Shown here: positions 40,877-48,714 of the stretch, in pieces
How positions within the stretch are numbered: the first letter of the stretch is position 1
Layout: every line of letters begins with the position of its first letter
Source of the DNA: an uncultured Ignavibacteria bacterium
Lineage (GTDB): Bacteria; Zixibacteria; MSB-5A5; CAIYYT01
NCBI GenBank assembly: GCA_964370935.1
Contig: CAYJKI010000003.1
Coordinates: 26,413 to 90,412 of the forward strand
Length of the DNA stretch: 64,000 nucleotides
Reading direction: 5' to 3'
Position numbers and translations under genes: made by a program
The notes under the pieces: model-generated
Databases searched by the model: none
What the model was told of the DNA's origin: nothing
The model's input: the letters and a program-made list of their open reading frames with translations, nothing else

Positions 40877-40896
40877 ATCCCGGCGAAAGCCGGGAT
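40877..40896 (+). repeat. REP-like GC hairpin (atcccggc-gaaa-gccgggat) downstream of rng
   Basis: 8-bp perfect stem with a GAAA loop, in the context gctgtcATCCCGGCgaaaGCCGGGATccagc. A second hairpin (gcggac...gtccgc) lies at about 40808-40828, directly after the stop. Confidence 0.5.
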
Positions 40897-41012
40897 CCAG
40901 CTTTAGTGTCCGCCAATCTCACCATTCATTCAGACTTGCTTCGTCTGTCAACCGATGCTATACTAATTTGACTATCTTCAATGGGAGTGTGGATACACCA
41001 AAGGGAAATTGA

Positions 41013-41900
41013 ATGACAATGAAGTTACGGAAAGTGGCTTTCCTGTTTATCGCTGTGTGCACCGCAATTGTTTGTGCAATCCATACCGATGCCGCCGCCC
41101 GTACTTGGACGCTCTCGGAACTGGACACGCTTTCGAGTCGCGAGTGGCTCTGGATTGATGCGAAGTACCAAGAGCCGATTTCAGAATACTACACAGAGAC
41201 TGATCGCCCCGATAAACTACCGGTACGATCTCGATACATTGCTCCGAAGTACCCGAAGGAGGCATCGAAAACGGGTGCAGAAGGATCGGTCTGGGTAAAG
41301 ATACTCATCGACGAGAAGGGAAAAGTAAGAGTCGCACGCATTCTGGAAGATTCCGGTACGGACGTTGGATTTGAAGAAGCAGCACTGTCAGCAGCTATTA
41401 AATCTACATGGAAACCAGCCATCAAAAATGGCAAGCGTGTCCCAATCTGGGTCACTTACGAGTCTGCCTTTTACTTGAACATAACCGACGACGGAAGACC
41501 GATTCGGCAAATAGAGCGTTGGCACTGGTCAGCTCGTGCGGACGAAGTGTCACTCAATTCCGGATACGATTGGCAAAAACCGGCAGAGGAAGACGGTCCG
41601 GACATGGACGAATTCATCGAAGTTGAGAACAGACCGGAAAAAGTAAAGGATGGGTTCATCAGTTATCCGGAAGAAGCGAGAAAGGCCGGGATGGACGGAA
41701 GCGTTTGGGTAAAAGTGTTGATTAGCCGCAGCGGACAGGTTGCCCAAGCGATGGTCGTCAAGGAGTCGGGATGTGAATGCGGCTTTGAGGAAAGTGCCCT
41801 TTGGGGTGCGATTAACTGTAAATGGAAACCTGCGACGTTTGAAAATCAGCCATTGGCACTCTGGGTGACTTATGAAATCAAGTTCGTATTGAAGCATTAG
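41013..41900 (+). CDS. Exported protein with two tandem TonB_C-like domains
   Basis: Signal peptide (VAFLFIAVCTAIVCAIHTDAAA). Two copies of the TonB C-terminal pattern: YPKEASKTGAEGSVWVKILIDEKGKV...WKPAIKNGKRVPIWVTYESAF and YPEEARKAGMDGSVWVKVLISRSGQV...WKPATFENQPLALWVTYEIKF. No Pro-rich spacer is present. Confidence 0.75.
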   Translation: MTMKLRKVAFLFIAVCTAIVCAIHTDAAARTWTLSELDTLSSREWLWIDAKYQEPISEYYTETDRPDKLPVRSRYIAPKYPKEASKTGAEGSVWVKILIDEKGKVRVARILEDSGTDVGFEEAALSAAIKSTWKPAIKNGKRVPIWVTYESAFYLNITDDGRPIRQIERWHWSARADEVSLNSGYDWQKPAEEDGPDMDEFIEVENRPEKVKDGFISYPEEARKAGMDGSVWVKVLISRSGQVAQAMVVKESGCECGFEESALWGAINCKWKPATFENQPLALWVTYEIKFVLKH

Positions 41901-42003
41901 GCCATAGGTGGTGGACTCTACAAAGAAGAATACTTAAAGAAGAATATTTGCGGCGATCGTCAATTTGACCGCCATCTGTTGGACCATGCAATCTTGTCCA
42001 CAA

Positions 42004-42507
42004 CTATCTCGTCACCCGGCACTCCCAGACACTATCCGCTACTTGAATCCATTCCTGCGAATCGAGTCTCGCAGGTGCGCTGAACGTAGATTCTACTTTT
42101 CTAAGCACGACTGACGAATCGCGCACAATCAGAGAGTATGAGTCGACCTTCTGATTGCCACCAAGCTTGAGATTGTATTCACCCCTTGACAGTCGCAATG
42201 TGCATTCGCCGGCGGCAGGTCCAAATGCCGTGAGGCACATGGTAGGTGCTTTCGGCTTGCCAAGACTGATTGTCACGGTTGAGGAATCGAGATTGGTTTT
42301 GACAGGAAGAGTGTAGTTCGTGCACTCAAAGAAACCTTGGAAGAACCGAACGGTCACTTCCGTGCTGTCGGCGTCCAGCGTGCGTGCCTTCGCAATCCAG
42401 AAAGTTACAGATTCGGGATCGATTACAATCTTGGCGCCATTCGTGGCGAGTAGGGGAGTCAGCATCAACCCGACAAGGAGTAGAAACAAAAATCGATTCA
42501 CGTTCAC
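42004..42507 (-). CDS. Hypothetical secreted protein
   Basis: 167 aa with an N-terminal signal peptide (FLFLLLVGLMLTPLLA), four Cys and beta-rich composition. I recognise no motif. Called only from ORF length, signal peptide and fit between neighbours. Confidence 0.5.
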   Translation of the reverse strand: MNVNRFLFLLLVGLMLTPLLATNGAKIVIDPESVTFWIAKARTLDADSTEVTVRFFQGFFECTNYTLPVKTNLDSSTVTISLGKPKAPTMCLTAFGPAAGECTLRLSRGEYNLKLGGNQKVDSYSLIVRDSSVVLRKVESTFSAPARLDSQEWIQVADSVWECRVTR

Positions 42508-42570
42508 CTCGCAAAGTATGTTGTATCAACAATACAATCCGGCGGCGAGTCTATTCCCTCAATGTCAGCG

Positions 42571-43674
42571 TTACTCCACCCTTATCCCTACCACCTCCGG
42601 TCGATTCCCCGACCGCAGCGGCGGTCCCCAGGTGCCGGCGCCGCAGGAAGTGTAGAGGTTGTAGCGTCCATCAGTATACAGCCCATAATCAAGGCCATTG
42701 TATACACGCTTCGTGATGTAGTTAAACGGCCACATCTGTCCGCGATGAGTATGCCCCGCCAACTGTAAGCTGACGCCAGCCTTCTTCATGATCTCAACAA
42801 AGCGCGGCTCATGAAAGAGTACGACACTCGGCTGCGCCGGATTGATCTGCTCAACAATTGAATCCAGCTTCGCGGAGTTTCCGATAGTGAGATAGTCTAT
42901 TCCCACCAACTGTACTCCTTCGAGATCGACAATCTCATCGCGCAGAATCCGCACATTGGTGTTTTGCAGAGCATCAAACGATTTCTGCAATCCCACATAG
43001 GTCTCATGATTGCCGGTGATGAAGTAGACGCCCAGTGGCGCCTGAATTTGATTCAGCGGTTCGACCAGATGACTCAAGTCCTCACCCGCGCCGTCGAATA
43101 AGTCGCCGGTGATCACCACGACATCCGGCTTGGCGCTGTTGATGAGGTTTACGACCTTCTGCGCAAATCCGGATCGATTGATCGCGCCGAGATGAATATC
43201 CGAAGCCTGGACAATCGTGCGGCCTTTCCATTGCTCCGGAAGATTCTCGATTTGGACCGAGACATTTTTCAACACCGGATTCGCCGCATTCCAGAATCCA
43301 TAGAGCGAGAACAACAGTGCGACGATGTAAATCGGCGCGGTTATCCAGACCGTGCTGACGTTCACTCCGATTGCCTTCACGACAAGGAACGCAACCCAAC
43401 ACAGGACAGTCGCCATCATCAAATACAGAAAGATGCCGAGCCAACCGGCGGAGATGACATAAAAGAAGCGCGTGACAACATTTTCGTGCGTGTGAACGAG
43501 CATTGACGTGATGATGAAGCTGAATGCCAGCGGCAGCATTGCGCCAAGCAGTATCTTGCGTAGTGGACCCGGTCCAATTTGGAAGAACTTGACGAGTGAG
43601 AGGAGAATTCCCGCGTGGGAGGCGGCGACAATCAGTGAAGCGATGGTGACGAAGACAAAGAAGCTGATTCTCAT
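42571..43674 (-). CDS. Membrane-anchored metallophosphoesterase (calcineurin-like, YkuE-type)
   Basis: About 4 N-terminal TM helices, then MPE motifs SDIHLG, GDLFDG, GNHE and GHTHRGQ. Confidence 0.85.
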   Translation of the reverse strand: MRISFFVFVTIASLIVAASHAGILLSLVKFFQIGPGPLRKILLGAMLPLAFSFIITSMLVHTHENVVTRFFYVISAGWLGIFLYLMMATVLCWVAFLVVKAIGVNVSTVWITAPIYIVALLFSLYGFWNAANPVLKNVSVQIENLPEQWKGRTIVQASDIHLGAINRSGFAQKVVNLINSAKPDVVVITGDLFDGAGEDLSHLVEPLNQIQAPLGVYFITGNHETYVGLQKSFDALQNTNVRILRDEIVDLEGVQLVGIDYLTIGNSAKLDSIVEQINPAQPSVVLFHEPRFVEIMKKAGVSLQLAGHTHRGQMWPFNYITKRVYNGLDYGLYTDGRYNLYTSCGAGTWGPPLRSGNRPEVVGIRVE

Positions 43675-43848
43675 GGTCTCTATGGTACGCGAATATTCTT
43701 AATATCGAAAGTTGTCCATGATTTTTCTTCCAGACGAGCGGAGCAATCATCGCGAGACGGACGGCGAACGGCTGAAATTCGTCTCCGTCTGCCTGTCGCC
43801 TTAACTGATGGCTCGCAACAATTTAACCAAAATACGACAAAATAAATG

Positions 43849-43877
43849 TTGACAAATGTGGTCTTTGCCGATAATGT
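43849..43877 (+). promoter_or_regulatory. Candidate sigma70-type promoter for the RRM protein gene (implies a ~175-nt leader)
   Basis: TTGACA (43849-43854), a 17-nt spacer, then TAATGT (43872-43877). The next ATG with an RBS (aggagaga) is at 44061. Confidence 0.45.
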
Positions 43878-44060
43878 ATTGTATGCAACCACAAGTCTTC
43901 CTCTTTAATTTTTAGGGTCAATGCATTTCGTAAGAGAATCAAGCCAAAGAAATTTATCAGGAGACGAGGCGCAATAGTGCGCAACAATCATTGTTTACCC
44001 GCGAACGCCGCGTAGTTGCCATCGCTGCCAATTCGCCGGTAAACCAAACAGGAGAGAGAA

Positions 44061-44423
44061 ATGAACATCTTTGTAGGCAATCTGTCACGTCAGGCAACGG
44101 AAGAGGATCTTCGTCAGGCGTTTTCGAGCTTCGGCAATGTAGCCAAGGCCACCATCATTAAAGACAAGTTCTCGGGCGAACCCCGTGGATTCGGCTTTGT
44201 TGAAATGGCGACCAAAGAGGAAGCAATGGCTGCTATCGCCGGCATGAACGGCAAGGAACTGCTTGGTCGTACCCTCAACGTCAACGAAGCCCGTCCGCGT
44301 GAAGCGGGTGGCGGCGGCGGCGGTTCTCGTGGTGGTGGCGGTGGTGATCGTCGCGGTGGCGGCGGTGGCCGTGGTGGTTTCGGCGAGCGTCGCGATTACG
44401 GCGGCGGACGTCGTAACGGATAA
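44061..44423 (+). CDS. Glycine/arginine-rich RNA-binding protein (single RRM domain)
   Basis: RNP-2 (IFVGNL) and RNP-1 (RGFGFVEM) motifs. The C-terminal RGG-type tail is [37 protein letters not shown]. Confidence 0.92.
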   Translation: MNIFVGNLSRQATEEDLRQAFSSFGNVAKATIIKDKFSGEPRGFGFVEMATKEEAMAAIAGMNGKELLGRTLNVNEARPREAGGGGGGSRGGGGGDRRGGGGGRGGFGERRDYGGGRRNG

Positions 44424-44492
44424 CATCCGCACCTGACAGCATTGCGGTGTTATCGTCCGCTGCAATGAATGCCTAATAAATAAGTCGATATG

Positions 44493-44523
44493 CGCCGCCC
44501 GGCTCAACCGGGCGGCGTTTTTT
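44493..44523 (+). terminator. Rho-independent terminator after the RRM protein gene
   Basis: 10-bp GC stem cgccgcccgg / ccgggcggcg, loop ctcaa, then tttttt (44518-44523). Confidence 0.85.
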
Positions 44524-44805
44524 GTTGGGAGGCAATATGTCTTGTCAACGCTCTCTTTTGAAGTACGCGCATTTGCTTCAAACACATCTGGACCTGATGC
44601 AAGACCAGTAACGGTATCGTGCATGTGAACCACTTCACGTGCAATTGAATTCCGCAAATCACTACATTTCCGATTGGAATCGCCAATTGGGTTAAGACCT
44701 ATTCAGTCTTGCTTTTACGTTCGCATTCAGAATAGTCCCAAAAATAGACAAAAAAGTTTCTTAATTACTTGACTAATTATGTCCGATAATGTAGGATGTA
44801 CACTG

Positions 44806-44834
44806 TTGACATTGTGAAAAATGTCACTTATTGT
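44806..44834 (+). promoter_or_regulatory. Candidate promoter with embedded palindrome upstream of the OFOR-NuoEF operon
   Basis: TTGACA (44806-44811), a 17-nt spacer, then TATTGT (44829-44834). The inverted repeat tgacatt-N6-aatgtca (44807-44813 and 44820-44826) overlaps the -35 element and spacer. The first-gene ATG is at 44846, so the leader would be very short. Confidence 0.4.
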
Positions 44835-44845
44835 GAGTAGGCGCT

Positions 44846-45568
44846 ATGACTGATCGCAGCTACATCTCGTTCGACAAACGCATCGTCATTTTTGCCGGCG
44901 CTTATGGCTCCGGCAAGACCGAGGTTGCGGTCAACTATGCCATCCAATTGGCGCAGCACTCCGAGGACCCCATTAGCATCATTGATCTCGACATCGTAAA
45001 TCCCTATTTCCGTTCGCGCGAGGCCGCCCTTGAGATGGAAACCTACGGCATTCGCCCGATCAATCCACTGGGCGAGCAAACCTTCGCCGACCTGCCGATT
45101 ATCGTTCCACAAATACGCGCCTCGATCGAAAGCAGTTCGGGACGGGTGATTATCGATGTCGGTGGGGATGATCTGGGAGCGCGAGTATTGAGTTCAATGC
45201 ACGACGCGCTGGAGAATGCCCAATACGAGTTTCTGATGGTGCTCAACGCCAACCGGCCGTTTACCTCGACTGTCGACGGGGCACTCAAGATGATGCACGA
45301 TATCGAAACCTCGGCGCGATTGAATTTCACTGGAATCGTCTCCAACACGCACCTGATCGGTGAGACCACACCGCAGACCATTCTCGATGGAATTAAGCTG
45401 GCGCAGGCCGTCGCTGCTCGGGCTGAAATACCGTTGGTGTTTGCAAGCGGGATGGATGAAGTGATAGCCAAACTTGAAAACCTGAATATATCAGTGCCGC
45501 TGTTTTCACTTTCACGACGCATGCTGAAGCCGTGGGAGCACGCAAGCAGCACGGCAAAAAACCATTAG
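44846..45568 (+). CDS. Uncharacterised P-loop NTPase (SIMIBI-like), first gene of the OFOR operon
   Basis: Walker A (IFAGAYGSGKTEVA), DLD after beta2 (ISIIDLDIVNPYF), Walker-B-like VIIDVGGDD and a possible specificity motif SNTHL. 240 aa. I cannot name a characterised family with confidence. Confidence 0.6.
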   Translation: MTDRSYISFDKRIVIFAGAYGSGKTEVAVNYAIQLAQHSEDPISIIDLDIVNPYFRSREAALEMETYGIRPINPLGEQTFADLPIIVPQIRASIESSSGRVIIDVGGDDLGARVLSSMHDALENAQYEFLMVLNANRPFTSTVDGALKMMHDIETSARLNFTGIVSNTHLIGETTPQTILDGIKLAQAVAARAEIPLVFASGMDEVIAKLENLNISVPLFSLSRRMLKPWEHASSTAKNH

Positions 45569-45591
45569 GCGAAGGCTGGACAAGGAAACTT

Positions 45592-45825
45592 ATGCCGGGT
45601 GTCATCATAGATAAGAACTACTGCAAAGGCTGTGAACTTTGCGTCAAAGCCTGTCCGCAGAAGATTCTCTCGATGTCCAAGGACATTACCATGCGCGGAT
45701 ATTTCTATGCCTTGATGCACGATCCTTCGCGCTGTATCGGCTGCCAACTGTGCGCGATTACCTGTCCTGATGCGGCGATAACTGTCAAGATGCACGGCAC
45801 GCGCTTCGTGCTGTACGAATATTGA
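45592..45825 (+). CDS. korD: 2-oxoacid:ferredoxin oxidoreductase delta subunit (2x[4Fe-4S] ferredoxin)
   Basis: CKGCELCVKACP and CIGCQLCAITCP. I start at ATG 45592, after aaggaaa. The ORF-track start at 45532 overlaps the upstream gene. Confidence 0.85.
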   Translation: MPGVIIDKNYCKGCELCVKACPQKILSMSKDITMRGYFYALMHDPSRCIGCQLCAITCPDAAITVKMHGTRFVLYEY

Positions 45826-45832
45826 GGCTGAC

Positions 45833-46909
45833 ATGACGCGAATATTAATGAAAGGCAATGAAGCCATCGCCGAAGCCGCTATCCGCGCAGGCGGTGTCCA
45901 CTACTTTGCCTATCCGATAACTCCGCAGAGCGAAGTCGGCGAATATTTGGCTAAACGCCTACCCGAAGTTGGCGGAGTGTTTGTTCAGGCCGAATCTGAA
46001 GTCGCTGTCGGCAACATGCTGTTTGGCGCGGCTTCAACCGGCAAGCGGGTGTTCACTTCGTCTTCCAGTCCGGGCGTGAGTCTGATGCAAGAAGCGATAT
46101 CTTACATGGCCGGAGCGCAGTTGCCGGTGGTGATTATCAATATCATGCGCGGAGGTCCAGGGCTTGGCGGAATTCTTCCAGCGCAGTCGGATTACTTTCA
46201 ATCCACCAAGGGTGGTGGGCATGGCGACTATCGATTGCTCGTTCTCGCTCCGGCAAGTGTGCAGGAAGCCGTGGATTTGACGATGTTGGGATTTCACCTT
46301 GCCGACAAGTACCGCAACCCGGTACTCGTTATCGGCGACGGCATGATTGGCCAGATGATGGAGCCGGTGGAATTTCCGGACAAGTACGACGAACCGGAAT
46401 TGCCCGCAAAAGATTGGGCGATCACCGGGGCGAAGGGACGCAAGCCGTTGATCACGAAGTCGCTGTTCCTTGACCCTTACGCGCTCGAACAGAACAACAT
46501 CGTAATTCATGCAAAGTACGAGCAGATGAAGGTGAACGAGATTCGCTTTGAACTATACAAAGTTTCCGCCAAGAATCGCATGCTGATCGTCTCTTATGGC
46601 ACCATGGCACGTATTTGCCAGACTGTCATCGATGATCTTGAAAGAGAAGGCGTCAGCATAGGCTTATTGCGGCCGATCTCGCTATGGCCATTCCCGGAGA
46701 TGCAGATTCGCACCGAGGCTGCCAAGGCTAACATCGAGCGTGTCCTGACAGTCGAGATGAGCATGGGACAAATGGTCGAGGATGTTGACAAAGCCGTGCA
46801 GGGCAAGAAGCCGGTTGACTTCTTCGGTCGTACCGGCGGTATCGTCCCTGCTCCGGAAGAGGTCCGCGAGCGCATTCTGGAACTGCTTGACGGCAAGAAG
46901 GGGAAATGA
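45833..46909 (+). CDS. korA: 2-oxoglutarate/2-oxoacid:ferredoxin oxidoreductase alpha subunit
   Basis: 358 aa. N-terminus MKGNEAIAEAAIRAGGVHYFAYPITPQSE is typical of the OFOR alpha subunit. Confidence 0.9.
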   Translation: MTRILMKGNEAIAEAAIRAGGVHYFAYPITPQSEVGEYLAKRLPEVGGVFVQAESEVAVGNMLFGAASTGKRVFTSSSSPGVSLMQEAISYMAGAQLPVVIINIMRGGPGLGGILPAQSDYFQSTKGGGHGDYRLLVLAPASVQEAVDLTMLGFHLADKYRNPVLVIGDGMIGQMMEPVEFPDKYDEPELPAKDWAITGAKGRKPLITKSLFLDPYALEQNNIVIHAKYEQMKVNEIRFELYKVSAKNRMLIVSYGTMARICQTVIDDLEREGVSIGLLRPISLWPFPEMQIRTEAAKANIERVLTVEMSMGQMVEDVDKAVQGKKPVDFFGRTGGIVPAPEEVRERILELLDGKKGK

Positions 46910-46919
46910 GGTGAGCAAT

Positions 46920-47696
46920 ATGAACGAAGTTAAAGATAATGCCACGACGATTACTTTTGCTCGCCCGCAGGCATTTAGCGATGTCGTTACTCACTATTGT
47001 CCCGGCTGCACTCACGGAATTATCCATCGCCTCGTTGCCGAGACTATAGACGAACTTAACATCCGCGAACGCACTGTCGGCGTGGCACCGGTGGGTTGTT
47101 CGGTTTTGATTTACAATTACTTCAACGTCGATTTCCTCGAATCCCCGCACGGCCGTGCCCCTGCACTGGCTACAGGGCTCAAACGGGTCAGCCCGGAATT
47201 GATAGTATTCACTTATCAGGGTGACGGCGATCTGGCGTCGATCGGGCTTAGCGAAATCGTGCATGCGGCCAACCGCGGCGAGAAGTTCACTACGATTTTC
47301 GTGAATAATGCCATTTACGGCATGACCGGCGGCCAAATGGCGCCGACGACCATGCCGGGACAGGTGACGTCAACTTCGCCGTATGGTCGTAATGTCGAAG
47401 AGGCCGGTTGGCCGATGCGTATCTGCGAACTGCTGTCAACCTTGCGGACTCCGGGATACATCGAACGTGTTGCCGTTCACACGCCGCAAAATATCGTTCG
47501 CACCAAGAAGGCGATTAGGACGGCATTCCAAAATCAAATTGACCGGCGTTGTTTCTCGCTCATTGAGGTGCTCTCGACTTGCCCGACCAACTGGGGACTG
47601 ACACCGTGCGAAGCCACGAACTGGGTGCAAAGCAATATGTCGCCGTATTATCCGCTTGGCGTTTTCAAGAAACCCGAGCCAAGGATCGAGGTGTAG
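46920..47696 (+). CDS. korB: 2-oxoglutarate/2-oxoacid:ferredoxin oxidoreductase beta subunit (TPP-binding)
   Basis: HYCPGCTHG. TPP motif GDGDLASIG...FVNNAIYGMTGGQ. Further Cys ligands (VGCS, STCPTNWG). Start is ATG 46920 or GTG 46911. The ORF-track start at 46782 lies inside korA. Confidence 0.9.
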   Translation: MNEVKDNATTITFARPQAFSDVVTHYCPGCTHGIIHRLVAETIDELNIRERTVGVAPVGCSVLIYNYFNVDFLESPHGRAPALATGLKRVSPELIVFTYQGDGDLASIGLSEIVHAANRGEKFTTIFVNNAIYGMTGGQMAPTTMPGQVTSTSPYGRNVEEAGWPMRICELLSTLRTPGYIERVAVHTPQNIVRTKKAIRTAFQNQIDRRCFSLIEVLSTCPTNWGLTPCEATNWVQSNMSPYYPLGVFKKPEPRIEV

Positions 47697-47697
47697 G

Positions 47698-48261
47698 GTG
47701 TCACAGTACGAAGTCACCTTCGCCGGATTCGGTGGACAGGGGATCATGACCGCGGGGCAGCTGTTGGCGTACGCGGGTATTCACGAGGGCAAGCAAGTTG
47801 TCTGGATACCGTCATACGGTCCGGAGATGCGCGGCGGCACAGCCTATTGCACAGTTGTGGTTTCGGACAGCCGCATCGGCTCGCCGATTATCAACACTCC
47901 ACTGGGATTGGTGGTATTCAATCGCCCGTCCCTGGAGAAGTTTGCACCGAGAGTGAGGCCGGGCGGGACAATTATCGTCAATTCGTCACTCATAGATATT
48001 ACTTCGAACCGAAGTGATGTTGCCGAAATTCTTGTCCCCGCCAATGATATTGCAATCAAAGCCGGCAACACCAAGACCGTCAACATGATTATGCTCGGCG
48101 CCTTTGTCGGAGCCACCGAAGTGGTATCCTACAATACCTTGATCGAACTGGTAAAGGAAAAGATGGGGAAGAAGAAAGATCTCCTGGAAATGAACCTGCA
48201 GGTCGTCGACGAGGGGTACCAATTTGCCAAGTCGGCGCTAAAAGCCAAGGTGAAGGCATGA
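47698..48261 (+). CDS. korC: 2-oxoglutarate/2-oxoacid:ferredoxin oxidoreductase gamma subunit
   Basis: GTG at 47698, 1 nt after the korB stop. VTFAGFGGQGIMTAGQLLA...PSYGPEMRGG is typical of the gamma subunit. Confidence 0.88.
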   Translation: MSQYEVTFAGFGGQGIMTAGQLLAYAGIHEGKQVVWIPSYGPEMRGGTAYCTVVVSDSRIGSPIINTPLGLVVFNRPSLEKFAPRVRPGGTIIVNSSLIDITSNRSDVAEILVPANDIAIKAGNTKTVNMIMLGAFVGATEVVSYNTLIELVKEKMGKKKDLLEMNLQVVDEGYQFAKSALKAKVKA

Positions 48262-48710
48262 ACCACGATTTCTCAAAATTACCCGATATCTTTGCCCGCC
48301 ATCCCCAGGACGCATCATCGCTGATCATGATCCTGCAGGATATTCAGAAAGAGTACCGATACCTGCCCTGCGAAGCGCTCAAGGAAACGGCAGTAAAATT
48401 GCAGGTTCCACTAAGTAAGGTCTTCTCGGTCGCGACCTTTTACAATGCCTTCAGTCTGAATCCCAAAGGCGAAAAAGTCATCCGCGTGTGCGTCGGCACG
48501 GCCTGCCACATTCGCGGCGCCAAGCTGATTCAGGATCAAATCGAAAATGAGTTGAAAATCAAAGCCGGACAGACAACTGCTGACATGAAATATTCACTCG
48601 AAGTCGTCGCATGTGTTGGAGCTTGCGCGATGGCGCCTGTGGTTATTGTTAATGAGCAGTACCACGGTTCGGTCAAGGTAACCGGGGCGAAGAAGTTGGT
48701 GAAGGGATAA
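48258..48710 (+). CDS. NuoE/HydC/HndA-like [2Fe-2S] thioredoxin-fold subunit
   Basis: 150 aa. Cys pattern CVGTACHIRGA...CVGACAMAPV. ATGA overlap with korC. Confidence 0.85.
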   Translation: MNHDFSKLPDIFARHPQDASSLIMILQDIQKEYRYLPCEALKETAVKLQVPLSKVFSVATFYNAFSLNPKGEKVIRVCVGTACHIRGAKLIQDQIENELKIKAGQTTADMKYSLEVVACVGACAMAPVVIVNEQYHGSVKVTGAKKLVKG

Positions 48711-48714
48711 CATC

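Noticed and set aside
44290-44400. ggcggcggcggt/ggtggtggc simple-sequence tract that looks like a microsatellite
   Set aside because: It is in frame and encodes the Gly/Arg-rich (RGG) tail of the RRM protein. It is not an extragenic repeat or a CRISPR-like array.
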